The position numbers were made by a program, and so were the translations under genes. A stretch of 45,936 nucleotides of DNA from Actinomycetota bacterium (lineage in GTDB: Bacteria; Actinomycetota; Actinomycetes; Actinomycetales; Microbacteriaceae): NCBI GenBank assembly GCA_039800905.1, contig JBDLPW010000029.1, positions 1 through 45,936 of the forward strand, given 5' to 3'. Shown in pieces: positions 36,645-45,936 of this stretch; within the stretch, counting starts at the first letter, position 1, and each line of letters begins with the position of its first letter. Under the pieces are notes generated by a model that was not told where the DNA came from, searched no databases, and saw only the letters and a program-made list of their open reading frames with translations.

Positions 36645-36797
36645 ATGCGCTGGGAATACGCGACAACTCCGCTGCTCATTCACAACACCACGCAGATCCT
36701 GAACTCGTGGGGCGATGACAGTTGGGAACTCGTCACCATCATCCCCGGGCCCGAAGGTGGGCTCGTCGCATACTTCAAGCGTCCCGTCGCTGAATAG
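36645..36797 (+). CDS. DUF4177-family small protein (50 aa; not in ORF track)
   Basis: MRWEYATTPLLIHNTTQILNSWGDDSWELVTIIPGPEGGLVAYFKRPVAE*, RBS GAGGG, directly before ridA. Confidence 0.85.
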   Translation: MRWEYATTPLLIHNTTQILNSWGDDSWELVTIIPGPEGGLVAYFKRPVAE

Positions 36798-36806
36798 GAG
36801 AAACCC

Positions 36807-37265
36807 ATGACCGTTTCCGCTCGACTCGCAGAACTCGGCTTGATTATTCCCGCGGTGGCCAAGCCCGTCGCGTCCTATGTACCCGCCACCACGACGGGGA
36901 ACCTCGTGTTCACCGCCGGTCAATTGCCGTTTGTGGACGGGCAACTTCCCGCAACCGGCAAGGTAGGGGCAGAGGTCACCGCCGAGGACGCGAAAGGTTA
37001 CGCACGTACGGCCGTCCTCAACGCGCTCGCCGCGGTTGAAACCGCGATTGGCTCGGTCGATCGCATCACCAAAATTGTGAAGCTGGTGGTTTTCGTGTCA
37101 TCGGCACCCGAATTCTCGGGCCAGCCGGGAGTTGCGAACGGCGCGAGCGACACTCTCGTTGAAATCTTCGGCGACGCCGGGCTGCACGCCCGTTCCGCCG
37201 TAGGTGTCGCTGTTCTCCCGCTCGACGCTCCCGTCGAGCTCGAACTCATCGTCGAATACAAGTAG
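36807..37265 (+). CDS. RidA/YjgF-family protein
   Basis: PVASYVP, AGQLP, VANGAS, HARSAVGV.VLPLDAPVELE. Confidence 0.93.
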   Translation: MTVSARLAELGLIIPAVAKPVASYVPATTTGNLVFTAGQLPFVDGQLPATGKVGAEVTAEDAKGYARTAVLNALAAVETAIGSVDRITKIVKLVVFVSSAPEFSGQPGVANGASDTLVEIFGDAGLHARSAVGVAVLPLDAPVELELIVEYK

Positions 37266-37324
37266 TTATCCACCACTTTCGCTGACGGGCACCGCGCAGA
37301 CCGTCGCCTCGGCATCATCGAAGG

Positions 37325-38215
37325 ATGGACGATTGGCGTTCTGACCTGGGACCGTTGGCGCTCGCCGCAACACCCGGGGTCCGTGACGTCTGTGTGGACG
37401 GAGCCGGTGCCGTCTGGACCGATACAGGCTCGGGCTTCGTTCGTTCCTTTCTGACGCTGTCGCCCAGTGAGGTTCGGCACATCGGAGTTTTGCTTGTCGA
37501 ACGCGGTGGTGGCCGAGTGGACGACGCCATGCCGATCGGGGATGCGGCGCTCGCGGGTCGTGCTCGTGTTCACGTTGTCCTGCCGCCCGTCGCTCGACAG
37601 GGTCCGCTGCTCTCCATTCGATTGCCGAATGAACACGCGATTCCGTTGAGCGAGTTCGCCTACGCGCGCGACACACACCGCGATGCGTGCGTGTTGGGAT
37701 CGGTATTGATTTCTGGGGTCACGGGTAGCGGCAAGACCACCCTCGCGTCCGCGCTCATCGCGTCGCGACCCGCGAATTCCCGAATCGTCATCGTCGAGGA
37801 CATCGCAGAACTAGATCCGCCGCACCCGCACTGTGTTCACTTGACGAGCCGGCATCCGAACCCCGACGGCGGCGGCGCAATTGGTCTGGGACATCTCGTC
37901 AAGGAGGCGCTGCGCATGAGACCTGATTCGTTAGTTGTCGGGGAAATCCGTGGCGCGGAATTCAGTGAATTCCTGCTCGCGCTGACCGCGGGCCATCACG
38001 GAATCTCCACCGTTCACGCACGGCGCCTGTCGGATGTTGCCGAGCGTATGACGGTGCTGGGGCTCACGGCAGGATTCCCCCTTCCCGCCATCGCGCCGCT
38101 CGTCGTCGCCGCCGTTCCACTCATCGCACACTGCACGCGATCACCCCACGGCGTTCAGGTGGAGGTGGGGCGAACCGTCGACGACGACGGCAAACTGCGA
38201 GTCATTCCGCTGTGA
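37325..38215 (+). CDS. tadA: TadA/CpaF pilus assembly ATPase
   Basis: GVTGSGKTT, IVEDIAEL, ALRMRPD, GEIRG, GH.G.STVHA. Confidence 0.9.
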   Translation: MDDWRSDLGPLALAATPGVRDVCVDGAGAVWTDTGSGFVRSFLTLSPSEVRHIGVLLVERGGGRVDDAMPIGDAALAGRARVHVVLPPVARQGPLLSIRLPNEHAIPLSEFAYARDTHRDACVLGSVLISGVTGSGKTTLASALIASRPANSRIVIVEDIAELDPPHPHCVHLTSRHPNPDGGGAIGLGHLVKEALRMRPDSLVVGEIRGAEFSEFLLALTAGHHGISTVHARRLSDVAERMTVLGLTAGFPLPAIAPLVVAAVPLIAHCTRSPHGVQVEVGRTVDDDGKLRVIPL

Positions 38216-38979
38216 GCGCCTTGCGTCTTTTCGCCAACGCCCTTGAGGTCGGAATTCCACTCGGTCGCGCTCGGGAATTGTCGGGCGTGGACGTGAACAA
38301 CTCCGTGGCGGCGGTTCTCGCGTTCGCCAGGGAGGTCGGTGTCCCACGCGCAGGGGCAATGCGAGCGTTGGCGGACGCGGCCGACAGCAGCGCGCAAATT
38401 CGGCGGCGGGTGACCATCGGTTCTGCGAGCGCACGACAGTCGTCCCGTATCCTGCTTGCCCTACCCGCAATCACTCTCGCAGGAGCAGAATCGTCGGGCG
38501 TGCATGCGGTTTGGGTTCTGGCGGCTTCGCCGATCGGATGGGTGTGCATGGCAGTATCTACCTTCTTGACCGTCGCGGCATGGTGGTGGATGCGGCGCAT
38601 TCGCCGGTCAATCCCCGAACCACAGGACGAGATGGGGCTGGTGGTGTTGCTGGCAGCCGAGGTGTCAAGAACGAGCGCACTTGCTCGTGAACGCATCGAA
38701 CTCTTATCGGAACTCGCCACCACATGGAATCGCTTCACAGAAATGGATGTTGTTGCTCGCGCTCAGCAGTTGTCGAAGGAATACGGTGTACCGGTCGCCG
38801 ATATTTTGCGCCTCGAATCCGCACGACTAGTCAGTGAATCAGAACTCGCGGTCGAAGAATCGCTGGAGTTGTTGCCGGGGAAACTTGTCCTCCCCGTCGG
38901 GCTGTGTCTCTTCCCCGTTTTTGTGCTGACGACTGTCCTTCCCGTCGTCATCTCGATGGTGACGGGAATGGTGCGTTGA
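38212..38979 (+). CDS. Type II secretion F-family protein, apparent TadB-TadC fusion
   Basis: SARQSSRILLALP plus TM and WWWMRRI (TadB-like); GVPVADILR...KLVLPVGLCLFPVFVL (TadC-like). Confidence 0.75.
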   Translation: MSALRLFANALEVGIPLGRARELSGVDVNNSVAAVLAFAREVGVPRAGAMRALADAADSSAQIRRRVTIGSASARQSSRILLALPAITLAGAESSGVHAVWVLAASPIGWVCMAVSTFLTVAAWWWMRRIRRSIPEPQDEMGLVVLLAAEVSRTSALARERIELLSELATTWNRFTEMDVVARAQQLSKEYGVPVADILRLESARLVSESELAVEESLELLPGKLVLPVGLCLFPVFVLTTVLPVVISMVTGMVR

Positions 38980-38984
38980 ACTGG

Positions 38985-40928
38985 TTAGTTGACCTGACCG
39001 TCGATTACGCGAATGACCGTGGTGTCGGTCAACGTCGTGGTGTCACCGATTTCGCGACCCTCGGCGATGTCGCGCAGAAGTCGACGCATGATTTTGCCCG
39101 AGCGCGTCTTGGGCAGGTCTTCAACCAGGTAAATGTCACGCGGTCTCGCGATTGCACCGATTTCCTTGGCAACGTGTGCTTTGAGTCCCGCGATTTCGTC
39201 CTCGGTGCTGGCGATGTCCTTGGCGCGCTTCTTGAGGACGACGAACGCGACGATCGCCTGACCCGTCGTCTCATCAGCTGCTCCGACGACTGCGGCTTCG
39301 GCAACGGCAGTGTTCGACACGAGTGCCGATTCGATTTCCATCGTTGAGAGACGGTGACCAGAGACATTCATCACGTCGTCCACGCGACCGAGCAGCCACA
39401 CGTCCATGTCCTCGTCAAGATGGGCTCCGTCACCGGCGAAGTACTTGCCGGGGAAAGTCGACCAGTAGGTCTCCTTGAATCGCTCGGGGTCCTTCCAGAT
39501 TCCACGGAGCATCGATGGCCACGGCTCGGTGAGGACCAACAGTCCGCCTGCAGCAGCCCCAACGTGTACACCGTTGTCGTCGAGTACATCAACCGCGATT
39601 CCCGGGAGTGGTACTTGTGCACTACCTGGCTTCGTTGACGTGATGCCGGGCAGTGCCGAAATCATGATGGCGCCCGTTTCGGTCTGCCACCACGTGTCAA
39701 CAATGGGGCAGTTGTTGTTACCGATGACCTCGCGGTACCACATCCACGCTTCGGGGTTGATGGGTTCGCCGACGGACCCAAGAAGTCGCAGGGACGAGAG
39801 ATCACGAGCCTGCGGAATCTCACGGCCGGCCTTCATGAACGAACGAATCGCAGTCGGCGCCGTGTAGAAGATCGATACCTTGTACTTCTCGATGATGTCC
39901 CACCAGCGACCGGGCTCGGGGAAGTCGGGTGTTCCCTCATAGATCACTTGTGTCGCACCGTTCGCAAGCGGGCCGTAAACAACGTACGAGTGACCCGTGA
40001 TCCACCCGATGTCGGCGGTGCACCAGTACACGTCCGTTTCGGGGTGCAAGTCAAACACGTTGCGGTGCGTGAACGAGGCCTGTGTCAGATAACCGCCGGA
40101 CGTGTGCAGAATTCCCTTCGGCTTACCGGTCGTCCCTGACGTGTACAGGATGAAGAGCGGATTCTCGGCGGGAAAACCCTCCGCGATGTGGTCGTCGGTC
40201 ATCGGCGCCATCTCGTCGTGCCACCACAGGTCGCGCCCGTCCACCCACTCGACATCGTTTTCACCACGCTTGACGACGAGCACCTTCTCGACAGTTGTCG
40301 CGCCGGCGAGTGCTTCGTCCACGGCCTTCTTCAGCGGGAACACGACACCTTTGCGGTAGCCGCCGTCAGCAGTGATGACGAGTTTCGCCTCGGCGTCCTC
40401 GATGCGGGCACGAAGACTCTCGGCCGAAAATCCACCGAATACGACGGAGTGGATGGCTCCGACGCGTGCGCAGGCCAGCATCGCCACCACGGCTTCGGGG
40501 ATTAGAGGCATGTAAATCGCGACGCGGTCGCCGTGCCCGATGCCGAGACTCGCCAGCAGGTTCGCTGCCTTGCGAACGTCGTCCGTCAACTCTCGATAGG
40601 TGATGTCCCGTGAATCGCCGGGCTCGCCTTCGAAGTGAATCGCAACGCGATCGCCGATTCCCGCTTCGATGTGACGGTCGAGACAGTTGTACGCAACGTT
40701 GAGCTCGCCGTCTGCGAACCACTTTGCGAAGGGGGCGTCGCTCCAGTCGAGGGTTTGGGTGAACGGCGTGTGCCAGTGAAGCCGCAGCGCCTCATCGGTC
40801 CAAAAGCCCAGTCGGTCGGCATTCGCGCGCTCGTACAGTTCGGGCTTTGCAATCGCGTGCGCCGCGAACTCGGGCGACGGTGGGAACTGACGGTTCTCGT
40901 GGAGGAGGTTGTCGATCGTGCTGGACAT
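38985..40928 (-). CDS. acs: Acetyl-CoA synthetase
   Basis: [48 protein letters not shown]. Confidence 0.98.
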   Translation of the reverse strand: MSSTIDNLLHENRQFPPSPEFAAHAIAKPELYERANADRLGFWTDEALRLHWHTPFTQTLDWSDAPFAKWFADGELNVAYNCLDRHIEAGIGDRVAIHFEGEPGDSRDITYRELTDDVRKAANLLASLGIGHGDRVAIYMPLIPEAVVAMLACARVGAIHSVVFGGFSAESLRARIEDAEAKLVITADGGYRKGVVFPLKKAVDEALAGATTVEKVLVVKRGENDVEWVDGRDLWWHDEMAPMTDDHIAEGFPAENPLFILYTSGTTGKPKGILHTSGGYLTQASFTHRNVFDLHPETDVYWCTADIGWITGHSYVVYGPLANGATQVIYEGTPDFPEPGRWWDIIEKYKVSIFYTAPTAIRSFMKAGREIPQARDLSSLRLLGSVGEPINPEAWMWYREVIGNNNCPIVDTWWQTETGAIMISALPGITSTKPGSAQVPLPGIAVDVLDDNGVHVGAAAGGLLVLTEPWPSMLRGIWKDPERFKETYWSTFPGKYFAGDGAHLDEDMDVWLLGRVDDVMNVSGHRLSTMEIESALVSNTAVAEAAVVGAADETTGQAIVAFVVLKKRAKDIASTEDEIAGLKAHVAKEIGAIARPRDIYLVEDLPKTRSGKIMRRLLRDIAEGREIGDTTTLTDTTVIRVIDGQVN

Positions 40929-41089
40929 CGTCGTCCTTCTGGTTCAATGCGTGTCACGCGGAGTCGCTGACAGGAGTCAGTCTATGGAGCAACGGGACTT
41001 TAGGCATCCCCGGTCCGGAACACCCGCGACAGTAAGATTGAGACACACTGGACGCGACTCGTTCGCGCGTAACGGAGGAGGATTCCAGG

Positions 41090-42412
41090 GTGCCCAAGCA
41101 GATTCGCCTGAACCTGATCTTCCACACCTCGGGGCGTCACGACGCTGGCTGGAAGACGTTCGACGACCCCACCATTCTCATCGACGACGTCGACCACCAG
41201 ATCAAGTTTGCAAAGCTCGCGGAAGCGACAGGCTTCGACGCGATCTTCCTTCCGGACACCCCCGCGGTGCTCGGAAAGAACTTCCTACGCAAGCCGCGCC
41301 GCGGACTCGACCCGGCACTTCTTCTCGCCGCCATCGCGATGCACACCGAGCACCTCGGTCTCATTTCCACCGCCCCGGCACTGCACGGACACCCGTACTT
41401 CGTCGCCCGCGCCATCGCGAGCCTCCAGCACATCAGCAAGGGTCGCGCGGGATGGAACGTCGTCACGAGCCAAGACGACCAGACCCTCGAAGCGTTCGGA
41501 ATGCCGGCAGGGATCAAACTTGACCGCGACGAGCGTTACAAGAAGGCGTCCGAGTTCGTCGAGATCGTCACCGGGCTGTGGGATTCACTTCCCAAGGAAG
41601 CCATCACGGGCGACAAAGAAAACGACATTTACATCGACCCGAAATTGACGCACCCGATTGATTTCCACGGCGACTACTACAGCTCGGAAGGCGTTCTGCA
41701 GCTGACCGGTCGTTACGAGGGGGAACGCCCCCTGATCTTCCAGGCCGGCATCTCGCCCCAGAGCCGCAAGTTCGGATCCAAGTACGCGGACGCACTGTTC
41801 ACCTCGCAGCCCAACCTCGACAAGGACCGTGAGTTCTACAAAGAGGTCAAGGGATACGCGGAGGGGTACGGCCGAAACCCCGACCACCTCGTCGTCCTTC
41901 CCGGTTTGTACGCTGTGGTTGCGGAGAGTGACGCCGCCGCTCGCGGCCTCAAGGCCGAAATCGACGAGTTGATGGACATGAACTTCCTGCTGAACTTGTT
42001 GTCGAGCCAGATCGGCATTCCGGTCGAAGAACTCGACCCGAACAAACCCTTGCCGGTTCACCTGTTCGAGACGATTCCGACCGATGACGAGATCATCGAG
42101 TACCGTCGCGGCGACATCGGTGGCGTTGCTGTGTCGAACGGATTCACGGTCAAGCAGTTGGTGCACCACAACCTCACTCGCGGTCAGCGAACCATTTTTG
42201 GTACGCCGGAACAGATTGCGGACACGATCGAGGAATGGGCTGATACGAACGTCGGTGACGGCTTCAATGTCAACGCACACATTCAGCCGTTCGGCGTCGA
42301 ACGCTTCAAGGACGTCATCACGGAACTACAGAACCGCGGGCGCTATCACAAGCAGTACGAGTCGACATCGTTCCGCGAAAACTACGGCCTACCTGCCAGC
42401 CCTCGCCAGTAG
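41090..42412 (+). CDS. NtaA/DmoA/SnaA-family FMN-dependent monooxygenase
   Basis: FDAIFLPD, GRAGWNVVTS, LWDS, PLIFQAG.S, GTPEQIAD, DGFN. RBS GGAGG. Confidence 0.92.
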   Translation: MPKQIRLNLIFHTSGRHDAGWKTFDDPTILIDDVDHQIKFAKLAEATGFDAIFLPDTPAVLGKNFLRKPRRGLDPALLLAAIAMHTEHLGLISTAPALHGHPYFVARAIASLQHISKGRAGWNVVTSQDDQTLEAFGMPAGIKLDRDERYKKASEFVEIVTGLWDSLPKEAITGDKENDIYIDPKLTHPIDFHGDYYSSEGVLQLTGRYEGERPLIFQAGISPQSRKFGSKYADALFTSQPNLDKDREFYKEVKGYAEGYGRNPDHLVVLPGLYAVVAESDAAARGLKAEIDELMDMNFLLNLLSSQIGIPVEELDPNKPLPVHLFETIPTDDEIIEYRRGDIGGVAVSNGFTVKQLVHHNLTRGQRTIFGTPEQIADTIEEWADTNVGDGFNVNAHIQPFGVERFKDVITELQNRGRYHKQYESTSFRENYGLPASPRQ

Positions 42413-42479
42413 GTCGTTGGAGAATTGGGCACTGCGTGTGCCCAGATGTTAAATAAGCCGTTTTGCTAGTCTGGAACGC

Positions 42480-44009
42480 ATGGCAACGACGAACGTCTTC
42501 TACATGCCGGCGTCGAAACCTTTCTGGTCGCCGATGGCAAAAGACCTCGCGTCGCACGGTCTCATTCCCGCTATCTGGATGGGCGATTGGCGCCACGACA
42601 ACTTCGGGCGGACCGAGTTCCCTGACGCGGAAGTCCTCCCCATCAAGGAGACGCACACCACGATTTCGGACGTTCCGCTTGCTCACGCACCCAGCGCTGA
42701 ACTTCTGACAAGTCGCGCGTTCCTGGCGATGAAGAACCAGGCGATGAAGTTGATGGATCGACAGGACGAAACCCGTTACTTCGGTCGCCTCGAACGCGAT
42801 GCCCACTTCTATTCCATTTTCAATCACCTGTATTCGTCGATCATCGAAAAGAAGATTGGCGCACTCGTCGTTGGCGAAGCGCCGCATCACACCGCGCAGC
42901 TGATCGGATATCGCACCTGCGAGATGTTGGGGATTCCGACGTATCACCTCATGATGAACACGTATGTGCCGCTGTTGCAGGTGCAACGTCAGATTGTCGG
43001 TAACCCGTTGCCCGTTCCCAGTGCGCCGGACGTCACCAAGCACATCGATGAGATCCACAAGTCGTTTGAAACGTACCGCGAGGGAATCCCGACACCGTTG
43101 TACATGACGAACCAGGCGAATTTCGATAAGACGTGGAAGTTTTCCCGTTGGGTTCGCCGCTACTGGCGAAACATCGTCGCGCTGCGCGTGAAAAAGATCA
43201 TCGGCCGCGAGATTCGACCCAGCAACGACACCGGCATCCGCAACCTCTATCCGTTCCAAGTCAACCGCCGACACTGGCTGACACCGTTCCGCGTCGAGGC
43301 AATTCGCCGCAACCTCGAACAGGAATACCCGAAGTTCGCCGAGAAGGTCGATTTCTCGGATGGGTCGTTGCCGAAGTTCGTGTATTTCCCCATGCCGTTC
43401 GAACCGGAGCGCACCACGCTTCCCGATGGTGGCGATTTCTACGAGGCAATGGACGCACTCCTCGCCCTGCGCGCATATCTGCCCGAGGACGTCCACATCT
43501 TCGTCAAGGAACACCCGTCGCAGTTTGCGCGCAAGCTCTCGGGGTATAAAGGTCGCAGCCAGCTGATTTACCAAGTGATCGCGAACCTGCCCAACACAAG
43601 GCTGATCGACCTGTCCGTACCGTCGGCATCTCTGACCGAAAACGCAGAGTTCGTCTGTGTCATCACCGGAACCGCCGCCCTCGAGGCCGCGCTCATCGGC
43701 AAAAAGGGCGTCGTGTTCGGTTCCCCTTGGTTCTGGCGTTTGCCCGGCGTTCATGTGTTCACTGAACTTCCTCCGTACGAAAAGTTCGTGAAGCTGCCGG
43801 GCTCGTCGGTCGATGAACTCAAGGCGGCCGTGTCGGCGACAGTTCCCGGTTTCAACTTGCCGGGAACCATCTCCGTCTCCCAGCGCACCTACATGCGTCA
43901 GAAGTTCGGCGACTACGTCGACGAACTCGTGCGCGACGAAGACACCCGTCGACTCGTTGTGGAAACGATCGTGGCCGACTTTACTCAGCGGTCGAAGCGA
44001 AAGAACTGA
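42480..44009 (+). CDS. Capsule-biosynthesis (KpsS/Capsule_synth-like) putative glycosyltransferase, copy 1
   Basis: PHH, FVYFPMPFEPERT, VKEHP, ITGTAALEA, GKKGVVFGSPWF. Confidence 0.75.
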   Translation: MATTNVFYMPASKPFWSPMAKDLASHGLIPAIWMGDWRHDNFGRTEFPDAEVLPIKETHTTISDVPLAHAPSAELLTSRAFLAMKNQAMKLMDRQDETRYFGRLERDAHFYSIFNHLYSSIIEKKIGALVVGEAPHHTAQLIGYRTCEMLGIPTYHLMMNTYVPLLQVQRQIVGNPLPVPSAPDVTKHIDEIHKSFETYREGIPTPLYMTNQANFDKTWKFSRWVRRYWRNIVALRVKKIIGREIRPSNDTGIRNLYPFQVNRRHWLTPFRVEAIRRNLEQEYPKFAEKVDFSDGSLPKFVYFPMPFEPERTTLPDGGDFYEAMDALLALRAYLPEDVHIFVKEHPSQFARKLSGYKGRSQLIYQVIANLPNTRLIDLSVPSASLTENAEFVCVITGTAALEAALIGKKGVVFGSPWFWRLPGVHVFTELPPYEKFVKLPGSSVDELKAAVSATVPGFNLPGTISVSQRTYMRQKFGDYVDELVRDEDTRRLVVETIVADFTQRSKRKN

Positions 44010-44010
44010 C

Positions 44011-45537
44011 GTGGCCCGTCCCGTGAACCCCCGGCGGGTGCTGTTCATTGCGGCCTCGCGCACAATGTGGCGTGAGGTTGCTACGGAAATGTCTGCCAGC
44101 GGACTCGAGCCGACGGTGTGGCTGGGGGACTGGCGCAACTATGCATTTGGGAAGAAGAACTTCCCGGACTGCACCGTGCTGGGACTCAAGGAAGTTCAAG
44201 CGACGATTTCGCCGTTCACGGTGACTCTTGTTCCGGACGCGGAATTCGTCACTCGCAGGGAGTTCATTCAGCTCAAAGCACAGGCGATGAAGTTGATGGA
44301 TCGCCAGGACGAGACTCGCTCGTTTGGCCGACTCGAACGCGACGCACACTTTTATTCGATTGTGACGCGTCTCTATTCGCTCATCGTTGAACGTCAGATT
44401 GAAGTTGTCATTGCTGCCGAGGCTCCGCATCACGTCGCACAGCTCATCGCATTCCGACTCTGCGAGATGCTTGGAATTCCGACCTATCACCTCGTCAACA
44501 ACACCTACGTGCCTCTCGTTCACGTTGCACGGTCGATTGTTGGTGATCCGATTCCGGCGGTCGGAGCTCCGGACGTCACGGACCTGGCGAACCGGGTCTC
44601 GGCCGAATTTGCGAAGTACGAAAACGGCATTCCAACCCCGTTGTACATGGCGAACCAGGCTCGCCACGATCGTTCATGGTCTTTTCTGCGATGGGCGTCC
44701 AAGTACTGGAAGAACGTCGCCATCCAGCGCGTTCGGGCGGCCCTCGGTCGTCCAGAGAAATTCCGAGACGACGTGCAGATCCGTTCACGTTTCCCGTTCG
44801 CGTCGAACGAGCGGCGCTTGTCGATGCCGTTCGTGGTTGAGCGAATCCGCCGAAACCTTGAACGCGAATATCCACGTCACGCCATAACTCTTAGCCCGGC
44901 CGACGCGGACCTGCCGCAGTTCGTGTATTTCCCCATGCCGTTCGAACCCGAACGCACCTCGTTGCCTGATGGCGGTGATTTCTATGAGGCGATGGATGCA
45001 CTCCTCGCATTGCGGTCATACCTGCCCGATGACGTTGCCATCTTCGTCAAAGAACACCCGACACAGTTCTCGAGAATGCTGCCCGGCTATAAAGCGCGCA
45101 GCCAACTTCTCTATTCGGTGATCTCCGTCATGCCGAACACGACGCTGGTCAGATTGTCTGTGCCGTCGTCGGCACTCATCGAACACGCCCAGTTCACCTG
45201 CGCGATCACGGGAACTGCTGCACTCGAGTCGGCACTGATCGGCAAGCAGGGCGTTGTGTTTGGAACGCCGTGGTTTGCGAGGCTGCCGGGCGTCACTCTG
45301 TTCGCTGACATCCCGCCTTTCGATGAACTCGTTGGACGACCTGCCGAGACCCTCTCAAATATCACCGCAGCGGCGGTTGACGAAATTGGGCATGTGGCGA
45401 TCCCAGGCATCATTAGTGTCGAGCAATTCACGTACTTCAAGCAGAAGTTCGGAACCGACCTCCCGTCACTGGTCGACGATGCCGTCACCGTGAAGGCGGT
45501 CGTTGCAACAATTCGAGCCGACCTCGATCGCCGTTAA
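44011..45537 (+). CDS. Capsule-biosynthesis-like putative glycosyltransferase, copy 2
   Basis: Full-length paralogue of 42480..44009 with the same motifs; GTG start 1 nt after the upstream stop. Confidence 0.75.
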   Translation: MARPVNPRRVLFIAASRTMWREVATEMSASGLEPTVWLGDWRNYAFGKKNFPDCTVLGLKEVQATISPFTVTLVPDAEFVTRREFIQLKAQAMKLMDRQDETRSFGRLERDAHFYSIVTRLYSLIVERQIEVVIAAEAPHHVAQLIAFRLCEMLGIPTYHLVNNTYVPLVHVARSIVGDPIPAVGAPDVTDLANRVSAEFAKYENGIPTPLYMANQARHDRSWSFLRWASKYWKNVAIQRVRAALGRPEKFRDDVQIRSRFPFASNERRLSMPFVVERIRRNLEREYPRHAITLSPADADLPQFVYFPMPFEPERTSLPDGGDFYEAMDALLALRSYLPDDVAIFVKEHPTQFSRMLPGYKARSQLLYSVISVMPNTTLVRLSVPSSALIEHAQFTCAITGTAALESALIGKQGVVFGTPWFARLPGVTLFADIPPFDELVGRPAETLSNITAAAVDEIGHVAIPGIISVEQFTYFKQKFGTDLPSLVDDAVTVKAVVATIRADLDRR

Positions 45538-45624
45538 TTCTCCCCAACTCGAATAGGGCAACAGCCCTGCACAGATTCGGCGCACTACAACCCGCTCCAC
45601 TGTGCACATCGCCATTCTGGTCGC

Positions 45625-45807
45625 ATGCACAACCACTTCGCTGACACCAATTCATTCGACCGCGGTGCCGTCACCGCCGAATACGCCATCGCCACCGTGG
45701 CGGCGGCCGGCTTTGCCGGACTGCTCGCCATCGTCCTCAAGAGTGGAACCATCCAGGGACTCCTGTCTTCACTCCTCAGCAGCGCACTGTCCGTTGTCGC
45801 GCAATGA
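45625..45807 (+). CDS. DUF4244 Flp-pilin-like protein
   Basis: DRG/AVTAEYAI prepilin cleavage motif, AAAGFAGLL hydrophobic helix. Confidence 0.88.
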   Translation: MHNHFADTNSFDRGAVTAEYAIATVAAAGFAGLLAIVLKSGTIQGLLSSLLSSALSVVAQ

Positions 45808-45936
45808 GCGCGGTGCCGTCACCGTCGAACTGGCCATCGGCATACCAGTCGCGATGTCGATCGTCGCACTCGCACTCGGAGCCATCCGATGGGGGATGGA
45901 CGCAGTAACCGCTACGACGGTCGCCGCCGAATCCGC
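45794..45936 (+). CDS. TadE-like minor pilin (partial, runs off window)
   Basis: TTG-SRNERG/AVTVELAIGIPVAMSIVALALG, a prepilin G|xxxxE motif. Confidence 0.75.
   Translation, partial: MSRNERGAVTVELAIGIPVAMSIVALALGAIRWGMDAVTATTVAAES

Noticed and set aside
36594-36944. N-terminal extension of the PBP in the ORF track
   Set aside because: Overlaps the DUF4177 and ridA genes on the other strand; ATG 36593 fits better
42318-44138. 606-aa minus-strand ORF
   Set aside because: Antisense shadow of the glycosyltransferase-like gene; no motifs; long shadow ORFs are expected at high GC

Overview
A high-GC actinobacterial chromosome segment, most likely from a compact Microbacteriaceae-type genome (inferred from gene content and order). 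About 16-41 kb is mostly core genes: mutT1-like NUDIX, ppk1, glnR-like regulator, ygfZ, gpmA, carD, fused ispDF, cysS, rlmB, msiK with its upstream RNA motif, dsbA, dacB, pncA, a class A PBP, ridA, tadA/tadBC and acs. There are three tRNAs (Lys-TTT, Thr-TGT, Pro-CGG). The most unusual part is 3.3-16.0 kb. It holds pstC-pstA-pstS, two large secreted PstS-fold surface proteins, a sortase-fold protein lacking its catalytic His/Cys/Arg, and pstB. This block sits between two paralogues of an uncharacterised gene and is followed by an apparently independent 89-nt structured RNA. The phoU/senX3/regX3 genes expected next to gpmA are not there. At the right end, the Tad/Flp pilus locus is split by an inverted acs, a flavin monooxygenase and two duplicated capsule-type glycosyltransferase-like genes. 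All calls come from reading motifs by eye; no searches were run.
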